Shown in pieces: positions 56,229 to 64,000 of a DNA stretch of 64,000 nt (its first letter is position 1; every line of letters starts with the position of its first letter). This DNA is from an uncultured Roseateles sp. (GTDB lineage: Bacteria; Pseudomonadota; Gammaproteobacteria; Burkholderiales; Burkholderiaceae_C), in the NCBI GenBank assembly GCA_913777145.1, contig CAJYPS010000001.1:54320-118319 (forward strand). The letters run 5' to 3'. The notes under the pieces are model-generated. The model was not told the origin of the DNA. It made no database searches and saw only the letters and a list, made by a program, of their open reading frames with translations. Made by a program: the position numbers and the translations under genes.

Positions 56229-56829
56229 GCGGACTCCCTGGAAATCTGTGGCCGCGCATTGTCAGGCCGGCGGCCAGCAAGCCGGCCAGCGCGCCGCTCA
56301 AATGCGCCAACGGCGCGACCGGGAAATCGAAGCCCGGCGTGGCCCGCAGCACCGGGCCCAGCGGCTGCTCCAGCACCAGCTTGATCGCCAGGCCCGCCAG
56401 CACCGCCGCGCCCACCGCCCGCTCGCGGCCGCGCCTCAGCAGCAGGCTCAGCCCCGCGATCACCACCAGCGCATGCAGCTCGCCCGACAGCCCGCCGTAG
56501 TGCGCCAGCTCGGGCCGCAAGGCCAGGCCCAGCTGGGTCAGCGGCAGCGCGATCAGGCCGGCCAGCGCCTCGCGCCGCCCCAGGCCGGCGCGCCAGCCCA
56601 GCGCCGCCAGCACCACGCAACCCGCGAGGTTGGCGGCCAGGTGCGTGGGCGTCCAGTGCACAAAGGCGGCGCTCAGCAGCCGCCAGGGCTGGTGGGCGAT
56701 CAGGCCCGGTTGCCAGTCCAGCGCCGCAGCGGGCAGCAGCCAGGCCAGCAGCGACAGCTTGGCCAGCAGCGCCAGCAGCAGCAGCCAGTCCCGGCCGGCC
56801 GCGCGGCGCGGCGCCCAAGCGTCAACCAA
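56218..56829 (-). CDS. rrtA: Rhombosortase (rhomboid-family intramembrane protease for GlyGly-CTERM proteins)
   Basis: PWRLLSAAFVH...HLAAN, YGGLSGELH (catalytic Ser), AHLSG (catalytic His), IKLVLEQ. Start uncertain; TTG 56829 overlaps the glnE stop. Confidence 0.82.
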   Translation of the reverse strand: MVDAWAPRRAAGRDWLLLLALLAKLSLLAWLLPAAALDWQPGLIAHQPWRLLSAAFVHWTPTHLAANLAGCVVLAALGWRAGLGRREALAGLIALPLTQLGLALRPELAHYGGLSGELHALVVIAGLSLLLRRGRERAVGAAVLAGLAIKLVLEQPLGPVLRATPGFDFPVAPLAHLSGALAGLLAAGLTMRGHRFPGSPHGT

Positions 56830-59533
56830 ACACCGCGCTCCACAGCGCGCGCACCGCGTCGCGGTGCGGGGCCAGCGGCGCGGCGGCCTCGGCATCCAGC
56901 GCGGTGGACTGTTCGTTCAGACGCGCCCGGTGCTGCACGCGGCGCAGCTCGCGGTAGGCATTGGCCGCCGCCACGCCCACACCGGCCGGCAGCAGGCCGG
57001 CGGCCTCGGCGCGCTGCAGCAGCGCGATGTTGCCGGCGTTGTCCAGCAGCTCGGCATGCGCCGAGGCGTGTGCCAGCACCAGGAATTGCAGCGCGAACTC
57101 GGCATCCATCATGCCGCCCTCGCTGTGCTTCACGTCGAAGAGCTCGGCCTTCACCGGTCGGGCCGCGCGCACCTTCTCGCGCATGGCCTGCACCTCGCGG
57201 CGCAGCGCCTCGACGTCGCGCGGCGCGGTCAGCACCTGGCGGCGCACCGCCTCGAAGCGCTCGGCCAGCTCGACGTCGCCGGCGCAGAAGCGCGCCCGCG
57301 TGATGGCCTGGTGTTCCCAGGTCCAGGCGGTGTTGCTGCCGCGCCCGGTCTGGTAAGCCTCGAAGTGGTCCAGCGACGACACCAGCAGGCCGGAGTTGCC
57401 GTTGGGCCGCAGCGCGGTGTCGATGTCGAACAGCTCGCCGGCCGCGGTGCGCAGCGTCAGCCAGGTGATGAGTCGCCGCACAAAGGCCGCATAGACCTCG
57501 CTGGCGCGCTCGTCCTCGTCGTCGAACACGAACACCACGTCCAGATCGCCGCCATAGCCCAGCTCCTTGCCGCCCAGCTTGCCGTAGGCGATCACGGCCA
57601 GGCGCGGCTGCTCGCGGTGGGCCTGCTTGAAGCTGCTCCAGGCCCAGGCGATGGTGATCTGCAACACCGCGTCGGCCAGCGCGGAGAGGTCGTCCGCGAC
57701 CTGCTCCACCGTGATGCAGCCTTCCACGTCGCGCACCAGCGTGCGGAACACCTCCGCATGGTGGGCGCGACGCAGCGTGTCCAGCAGCGCCTCTTCGTCG
57801 GCCTGGCCGGAGCGGGCCCAGCCCTGGGCGCGCTCGTGCAGGTCGGCCAGAAAGGCCTCGCGGTCGAAGCGCGCACTCAGCAGCAGCGGGTCGGCCAGCT
57901 CGTCGATGACACCCGGGTGCTGCATCAGATAGCGCATGGGCCAGCGCGCCAGCCCCAGCAGGCGCAGCAGCCGCGCCTGCACCGCGGGGCGCTCCACCAG
58001 CAGCGCCAGATAGCTCTCGCGGCGCAGCAGCGGCTCCACCCAGTCGACGAAGCGCAGCGCCGCGTCCAGCGAGCATTCCTCGGCCGTGACCGCCTGTGCT
58101 GCGCGCAGGAACAGCTTGGCCAGGCGCAGGCGCGACTCCTCGCGCAGGCCCTGCACGCGCGGGTTGTCGGCCAGGCGCCGCACCGCGGCGGCCAGCGGCT
58201 CAGGCAGGCGGGCGAGGAAGTCCTCGCCGTCCAGCGAGGGCGCCGGCCCGCCGCACTGGCCGTTGCGGCACTGGCCCGCGGGCTTGGCGCCCTGGTGCAG
58301 CAGCGCGTCGAACTCGGTCGCCACCAGCTCGCGCACCTCGCCCAGCTGCTCGAACAACTCGCAGGCCTCGCGCGAGCAGTTCAGCCCCATGGACGCCGCG
58401 ATCCAGGCCAGGTCCTCGTCGCCCTGCGGCAGGCAGTGGGTCTGCTGGTCGTCCAGGAACTGGATGCGGTGCTCCACGCGGCGCAGGAACAGATAGGCCT
58501 GGGCCAGGCGCTCGGCGGTGTCGGGCTTCATCAGCCCGCGCTGGGCCAACTGCCCCAGCGCCTTCACCGTGGAGCGCGTGCGGATCTCGGGGAACTGGCC
58601 GCCGCGCACCACCTGCAGCAGCTGCACGATGAACTCGATCTCGCGTATGCCGCCGCGCGACAGCTTCACGTCGTTGGCGCGCTCGGGCCGGCCGGCGGCG
58701 CGGGTCTTGGCCTCCTGGCGTATCTTGGCGTGCAGCTGGCGCAGGCCCTCGAACACGCCGTAGTCCAGGTAGCGGCGGTACACAAAGGGCGTCACCAGGT
58801 CGCGCAGCGCCAGCGTGCGCGCGTCGCCCACGCTGGCCAGCGGCGCGACGACCCGGCTCTTGAGCCAGGCGAAGCGCTCCCACTCGCGGCCTTGCACCAG
58901 GAAGTACTCCTCCAGCATGGCCAGGCTCACCACCGGCGGCCCGCTCTTGCCATTGGGGCGCAGCGCCAGGTCCACGCGGAACACCTGGCCGTCTTCGGTG
59001 ACGTCGCCGATCAGCGCATAGAGCCGCTTGGCCACCGCCGCGAAGTATTCGTAGGCCGTGACCGGGCGCGGGCCGTGGGTCTGGCCGTCCTGCTCGTAGA
59101 CGTAGATCAGGTCGATGTCGGACGACACGTTGAGCTCGCGCGCGCCCAGCTTGCCCATGCCCAGCACCCAGAACGGAATGTCCCGCCCCTCGGCGGTCTG
59201 CGGCGCGCCGTGCAGCTCGTCCAGCTCGGCGCGGGCGGCGGCCAGCGCCACGTCCAGCGTGACCTCGGCCAGGTGGGTCATCGCGCGGGTGATGTCATCC
59301 ACGCTGGCACCCTGCTCGATGTCCAGCACCGCCAGCCGCTCCAGCACCAGCTGGCGCGTCACCCGCAGGCTGGCGGCCAGCCTGCGCCGCGGCTGCAGGC
59401 GGGCGATCAGATCGGCGATGACGGCCCGGTCCGGCAGGCCGGGCGGCAGCAGGCTCAGCTCGGCCGCATGGCGTCGCCGCACCCGCTGTACGAAACGGCT
59501 GTGCTCCGCAAAGGCCCGAAACAGTTCACTCAT
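56822..59533 (-). CDS. glnE: Bifunctional glutamine synthetase adenylyltransferase / adenylyl-removing enzyme
   Basis: Two NTase domains: GMGKLGARELNVSSDIDL and AYGKLGGKELGYGGDLD; DLALRP, GGIREIEF. Confidence 0.97.
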   Translation of the reverse strand: MSELFRAFAEHSRFVQRVRRRHAAELSLLPPGLPDRAVIADLIARLQPRRRLAASLRVTRQLVLERLAVLDIEQGASVDDITRAMTHLAEVTLDVALAAARAELDELHGAPQTAEGRDIPFWVLGMGKLGARELNVSSDIDLIYVYEQDGQTHGPRPVTAYEYFAAVAKRLYALIGDVTEDGQVFRVDLALRPNGKSGPPVVSLAMLEEYFLVQGREWERFAWLKSRVVAPLASVGDARTLALRDLVTPFVYRRYLDYGVFEGLRQLHAKIRQEAKTRAAGRPERANDVKLSRGGIREIEFIVQLLQVVRGGQFPEIRTRSTVKALGQLAQRGLMKPDTAERLAQAYLFLRRVEHRIQFLDDQQTHCLPQGDEDLAWIAASMGLNCSREACELFEQLGEVRELVATEFDALLHQGAKPAGQCRNGQCGGPAPSLDGEDFLARLPEPLAAAVRRLADNPRVQGLREESRLRLAKLFLRAAQAVTAEECSLDAALRFVDWVEPLLRRESYLALLVERPAVQARLLRLLGLARWPMRYLMQHPGVIDELADPLLLSARFDREAFLADLHERAQGWARSGQADEEALLDTLRRAHHAEVFRTLVRDVEGCITVEQVADDLSALADAVLQITIAWAWSSFKQAHREQPRLAVIAYGKLGGKELGYGGDLDVVFVFDDEDERASEVYAAFVRRLITWLTLRTAAGELFDIDTALRPNGNSGLLVSSLDHFEAYQTGRGSNTAWTWEHQAITRARFCAGDVELAERFEAVRRQVLTAPRDVEALRREVQAMREKVRAARPVKAELFDVKHSEGGMMDAEFALQFLVLAHASAHAELLDNAGNIALLQRAEAAGLLPAGVGVAAANAYRELRRVQHRARLNEQSTALDAEAAAPLAPHRDAVRALWSAVFG

Positions 59534-59562
59534 ATCCCTGTGCTAGATTGCCCGCCGGCCTG

Positions 59563-62500
59563 ATGCCTTTCTGCGGCCCATCCCGACGTCCCGTGTCTGT
59601 CTTCTCTTCGGCCGCCCTCACCCTCTGCTTTCAAGTCCTCGGCCTGCCATTGCGCCTGTGCTGGCACGGGCTGCGCTGGCTGCTGCTCGCCGCCGGCCTG
59701 CTGCTGGCGCTGGCCGTGATGGCCTGGTGTGGGCTGCATTGGGTCATTCTCCCGCACGCCGATGACTGGCGCCCGTGGCTGGAACGGGAAGCCTCAAAGA
59801 CCCTGGGGGTAGAGCTGCGCATCGGCCATTTGGCAGTGGACTCCGGCGGCTGGCTGCCGCGCATGCAGTTACAGGATGTGAGCGTGCTGGACCCGGCGGG
59901 CCGGCCGGCGCTGCGACTGCCCCGTGTCAGCGCGGTGCTCTCGGTGCAAACCCTGGTGGCGTGGCAACCACGTTTTGCCCAGCTGCTGATCGACACACCC
60001 GAGCTGGAGATACGCCGTGACGCCGCCGGCCGCCTGCTGGTGGCCGGCCTGGACCTGGACAGCGCCGAGCGCCCCGCGGCCAGCGGCGCGGCGGACGCCT
60101 GGCTGGACTGGATCTTCAGCCAGCCCGAGCTGGCCATCGTGCACGGCCGCATCCGCTGGGTGGACGAGCTGCGCGCCGCCCAGCGCCGCGAGCCGGTGGC
60201 GCCGCTGGCGCTGTCCGACCTCAACCTGGTGATACGCAACGGCCTGCGCCGCCACCAGCTGCGCCTGGACGCCACGCCGCCCGAGGACTGGGGCCGGCGC
60301 TTCACGCTGCGCGGCCAGTTCACGCAGGCGCTGCTCAAGCGCCCCGGCGAGCTGCAGCACTGGAGCGGCCAGCTGTTCGCCGAGCTGCCGCAGGCAGACC
60401 TGCGCCAGCTGCGCCGCCACGTGGACCTGCCCTTCCAGCTCAGCGAGGGCGACGGCGCGCTGCGCGCCTGGGCCGAGGTCAAGGATGGCCAGCCCAGCGC
60501 CGCCACGCTGGATCTGGCGCTGCGCGCGGTCAAGCTGCGGCTGCTGGCCTCAGCGCCCGAGCTGGACCTCACCGACATCCAGGGCCGCCTGGACCTCGCC
60601 CGCAGCAAGGACCGCCTGAGCCTGCAGGCGCGGCAGCTGGGCTTCGTGGGCGCGGACGGCATGGTCTGGCCCCGCTCCGACTGGGGCGTGGCGCTGCAGC
60701 TGGGGCCGCAGGACGTGGTCACCGGCGGCGAACTCAATGCCCAGCGCCTGGACTTCGCGCTGATGGCCCAGATCGCTCAGCGCCTGCCGCTGGGCGACGG
60801 CGCACACCAGCTGCTGGACGAACTGGCGCCGCAGGGCGTGCTGACCGCACTCAGCGCGCAGTGGCAGGGGCCGCTGGACGCACCGCGCAGCTACCGCGTG
60901 AAGGCCCAGGCCGACGGCCTGGCCGTGGCTGCCGGCACCCCGCCCGCGCCCGACCAGCCCGGCCGCCCCGGGCTGCGCGGCGCCAGCCTGGAGCTGGACG
61001 CCAACGAGCAGGGCGGCAGTGCCCAGCTCAGGTTGCAGAACGGCCAGATCGAGCTGCCGGGCCTGTTCGCCGACCCGGTGCTGCCCATCAACCGCCTGTC
61101 CACCCAGCTGAGCTGGCGGCTGCTCAACGCGGCCAAAGGCCCCGGCGAGCTGGAGGTGAGGCTGCGCAAGCTGGAGTTGCAGACGCCGGACCTCACGGGC
61201 GAGTTCGACGCGCTGTGGCGCCGCCCGCGCGGCGGCAGCGGCGCCGGCTTCCTGGACCTCAGTGGCCAGGCCCAGCGCCTGGCCGCCACCCAGGTGGCGC
61301 GCTACATGCCGCTGAGCCTGCCCCAGACCCGCGACTACCTGGCCCGCGCGCTGCTGGCCGGCGAAGCCCACGACATCCGCGTGCGCCTGCGCGGCGAGCT
61401 GGCCGAGTTCCCCTACGACACGCCGCGCAGCAACGGCCTGTTCCGCGTGTCCACCCAGGCCCAGGGCGTCACGCTGGCCTATGTGCCGCCCAGCGACGTG
61501 GGCACAAACTGGCCAGTGATGGAGGGCGTGGACGCGGAGCTGGTGTTCGAGCGCGGCAGCATGGCGCTGCGCAACGGCCGCGCGCGCGTGCTGGGCTACG
61601 AGCTCAGCGGCGTGAACGGCGGCATCAAGGACCTGGCCCATGGCCGCGTGCTGGCGCTGGACGGCAACGGCCGCGGCCAGGGCGCCGACCTGCTGCACTT
61701 CGTGCGCGGCTCGCCGCTGGACGAATGGCTGGGCCGCGCACTCGCCACCACCAGCGCCCAGGGGCCGGTGACGCTCAGGCTGGGCGTGAACCTGCCGCTG
61801 GACCACATCGACCAGTCCACCGTGAAGGGCCAGCTGCAGCTGGGCGGCGTGGACCTCAAGCTGCGCCCCGACCTGCCGCTGCTGGCCGGCGCACGCGGGC
61901 GCATCGACTTCGACCAGAAAAGCCTCAGCCTCAGCGGCGCCAGCGCGCGCCTGCTGGGCGGCGAGGCCACGATAGAGGGTGGCAGCCAGCGCGATGGCGG
62001 GCTGCGCTTCAGCGCCCAGGGCGTGGCCAGCGCCGACGGCCTGCGCCGTGCGGCCGAGCTGGGCGCGGTCACGCAGATCGCCCAGGCCGCCAGCGGCCAG
62101 GCGGCCTACCGCTTCCAGCTGTCGGTCAAGGATGGGCAGAGCGAACTCAGCGTCGGCAGCAACCTGCAAGGCCTGGCGCTGGACCTGCCGGCTCCGGCGC
62201 GCAAGGAGGCCGACGCGGTGCTGCCGCTGCGCCTGCTGATGACGCCCACAGCCAGCGGCCGCGACGAGCTGCGCCTGGAAATCGGCAGCACGGCCGCGCC
62301 GCTGCTGCAGGCCCAGCTGCAGCGCGACGTGTCGGGCGCCAGCTCGCGCGTGCTGCGCGGCGCGATCGCGCTGCAGGACCGCCTGCCCGCGCTGCCCGCC
62401 ACCGGCGTGCTGCTGCAGGCCAGCACGCCGCAGCTGGACCTGGACGCCTGGCAGCAGCGCCTGGCCGCGCTGGGCACGCCGGCGGCCACGCCAGCCGGGG

Positions 62501-63657
62501 GGCTGGACGAGCTGGCCGACCTCAGCCAGGCCGGCCTGCTGCCCAGCCAGATCCTGCTGCGCACCCAGGCGCTCAAGGTGGGCGGCCGCGCGCTGGGCCG
62601 CGTGCAGGCGCAGATCGCGCGCGACGGCAGCAACTGGCGCCTGGACCTGGACGCCGAGCACCTGGCCGGCCGCATCGAGCTGCGCGGCGTCAACATGAGC
62701 CGCGGCGGCAGCCAGGTGGACCAGGTGCGCGCCCGCCTGACCCGGCTGCAGCTACCCAAGCAGGAGGCCGACTCGGTCAGCCAGCTGATAGACCCCACCG
62801 CCAACGCCGGCACCAGCCCGCTGCCGGCACTGGACATCGAGGTGGACGACTTCGAGCTGCGCGGCAAGCGCATGGGCCGGCTGGAGGTGCAGGCCCAGGT
62901 GCCGGCCGGCGCGCGCGAATGGAAGCTGGACAAGCTGCTGCTCAGCTCGCCCGACGCCACGCTGAGCGCCAGCGGCCGCTGGGGCGCGACGCTCAGCGGC
63001 CGGCGCCGCACCGAGCTGGACTGGAAGCTGGACGTGGTGGACGCCGGCAAGCTGATGGAGCGCCTGGGCCAGGGCCAGGTCTTGCGCGGCGGCAAGGGCC
63101 AACTGCATGGCCAGCTGGGCTGGACCGGCTCGCCGCTGGACCCGCACTACCCCAGCATGGCCGGCTCGCTGAATCTGCAGCTGGACACCGGCACCTTTCT
63201 GAAGGCCGAGCCCGGCGTGGGCCGGCTGCTGGGCGTGCTGAGCCTGCAGTCGCTGCCGCGCCGGCTGCTGCTGGACTTCCGCGACGTGTTCGCCGAGGGC
63301 TTCACCTTCGACGGCGTGACCGGCGACGTGAAGGTGGACGGCGGCATCGCGCGCAGCGACAACATCCGCATCCGCGGCCTGCAGGCCACGGTGCTGGTGG
63401 ACGGCAGCGCCGACCTCGCGCAGGAAACCCAGAAGCTGCGCGTGGTGGTGGTGCCCGAGGTGAGCGCCAGCGCGTCGCTGGCCTATGCGGCCATCAACCC
63501 GGCGATAGGCCTGGGCGCCTTCCTCGCGCAGTGGCTGCTGAGCCGGCCGGTGTCGGCCGCCAGCACGCGCGAGTTCCTGATCACCGGCAGCTGGGACGAC
63601 CCCAAGGTCGACAAGCTCGACAAGCCCGAGCTCCCCGCCAGCGCGGCCAGCAAGTGA
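59563..63657 (+). CDS. yhdP: YhdP family (AsmA2-like) intermembrane phospholipid transport protein
   Basis: About 1365 aa, N-terminal TM, beta-rich body, C-terminal LSLQSLPRRLLLDFRDVFAEGFTFD...ITGSWDDPKV; divergent from glnE. Start uncertain (59548/59563). Confidence 0.92.
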   Translation: MPFCGPSRRPVSVFSSAALTLCFQVLGLPLRLCWHGLRWLLLAAGLLLALAVMAWCGLHWVILPHADDWRPWLEREASKTLGVELRIGHLAVDSGGWLPRMQLQDVSVLDPAGRPALRLPRVSAVLSVQTLVAWQPRFAQLLIDTPELEIRRDAAGRLLVAGLDLDSAERPAASGAADAWLDWIFSQPELAIVHGRIRWVDELRAAQRREPVAPLALSDLNLVIRNGLRRHQLRLDATPPEDWGRRFTLRGQFTQALLKRPGELQHWSGQLFAELPQADLRQLRRHVDLPFQLSEGDGALRAWAEVKDGQPSAATLDLALRAVKLRLLASAPELDLTDIQGRLDLARSKDRLSLQARQLGFVGADGMVWPRSDWGVALQLGPQDVVTGGELNAQRLDFALMAQIAQRLPLGDGAHQLLDELAPQGVLTALSAQWQGPLDAPRSYRVKAQADGLAVAAGTPPAPDQPGRPGLRGASLELDANEQGGSAQLRLQNGQIELPGLFADPVLPINRLSTQLSWRLLNAAKGPGELEVRLRKLELQTPDLTGEFDALWRRPRGGSGAGFLDLSGQAQRLAATQVARYMPLSLPQTRDYLARALLAGEAHDIRVRLRGELAEFPYDTPRSNGLFRVSTQAQGVTLAYVPPSDVGTNWPVMEGVDAELVFERGSMALRNGRARVLGYELSGVNGGIKDLAHGRVLALDGNGRGQGADLLHFVRGSPLDEWLGRALATTSAQGPVTLRLGVNLPLDHIDQSTVKGQLQLGGVDLKLRPDLPLLAGARGRIDFDQKSLSLSGASARLLGGEATIEGGSQRDGGLRFSAQGVASADGLRRAAELGAVTQIAQAASGQAAYRFQLSVKDGQSELSVGSNLQGLALDLPAPARKEADAVLPLRLLMTPTASGRDELRLEIGSTAAPLLQAQLQRDVSGASSRVLRGAIALQDRLPALPATGVLLQASTPQLDLDAWQQRLAALGTPAATPAGGLDELADLSQAGLLPSQILLRTQALKVGGRALGRVQAQIARDGSNWRLDLDAEHLAGRIELRGVNMSRGGSQVDQVRARLTRLQLPKQEADSVSQLIDPTANAGTSPLPALDIEVDDFELRGKRMGRLEVQAQVPAGAREWKLDKLLLSSPDATLSASGRWGATLSGRRRTELDWKLDVVDAGKLMERLGQGQVLRGGKGQLHGQLGWTGSPLDPHYPSMAGSLNLQLDTGTFLKAEPGVGRLLGVLSLQSLPRRLLLDFRDVFAEGFTFDGVTGDVKVDGGIARSDNIRIRGLQATVLVDGSADLAQETQKLRVVVVPEVSASASLAYAAINPAIGLGAFLAQWLLSRPVSAASTREFLITGSWDDPKVDKLDKPELPASAASK

Positions 63658-63671
63658 GTAGCATGCGGCGC

Positions 63672-64000
63672 ATGAAGATCGCCGCCTGCCAGATGGTCTC
63701 CGGCCCCGACGTGGCCGCCAACCTCACCACCGCGCGCCGCCTGCTGGAGCAGGCCGCCGCGCAAGGCGCGCGCCTGGCCGCGCTGCCCGAATACTTCTGC
63801 CTGATCGGCCAGCACGACCGCGACAAGCTGGCCATCGCCGAGCCGCTGGGCGAAGGCCCCATGCAGGCCATGCTGGCCACGGCTGCGCGCGAGCTGGGCC
63901 TGTGGGTGATAGGCGGCACGCTGCCGCTCAAGGGCGATGCGCCGGACCGCGTGCGCAACGCAACGCTGGTGTTCGCGCCCAGCGGCGAGCGCGTCGCCCG
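63672..64000 (+). CDS. Carbon-nitrogen hydrolase (Nit1/deaminated glutathione amidase-like), 5' part only
   Basis: Manual translation MKIAACQMVSGPDVAANL...AALPEYFC...LWVIGGTLP...RNATLVF; runs off the right edge. Confidence 0.9.
   Translation, partial: MKIAACQMVSGPDVAANLTTARRLLEQAAAQGARLAALPEYFCLIGQHDRDKLAIAEPLGEGPMQAMLATAARELGLWVIGGTLPLKGDAPDRVRNATLVFAPSGERVA

Noticed and set aside
56822-64000. glnE / yhdP / nitrilase arrangement as a novel system
   Set aside because: Known conserved proteobacterial gene order.

Overview
64 kb of GC-rich chromosomal DNA, most consistent with a Burkholderiales betaproteobacterium (inferred from the glnE-yhdP-nitrilase and topB-SET-birA-SPOR gene order, split metH and Comamonadaceae-like intergenic repeats). 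I see no rRNA, tRNA, CRISPR, prophage or transposase. Main blocks: (1) a split cobalamin-dependent methionine synthase whose two genes lie about 23 kb apart, the second half preceded by an SAH riboswitch with a readable switching platform; (2) c-di-GMP-related genes (degenerate HD-GYP, GAF-EAL); (3) a RutR-type reductive pyrimidine degradation cluster; (4) ilvD, K+ channel, aminotransferase, an HPF-zinc ribbon-htpX cassette and LysR/MFS/dkgB; (5) M16 peptidase, AEC transporter, orphan histidine kinase, topB, SET, birA, SPOR; (6) a GlyGly-CTERM subtilase with a rhombosortase about 18 kb away; (7) a combined oxidative L-arabinose / D-galactose catabolic cluster with ChvE-GguAB transporter; (8) glnE-yhdP-nitrilase. 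The most unusual non-coding signal is a hairpin motif (GTCC-TGA-GGAC core) present three times with compensatory stem changes; two tandem copies sit at the 3' end of the beta-ureidopropionase gene and may have displaced its C-terminus. All calls come from reading the sequence and recalling protein families; no searches were run.
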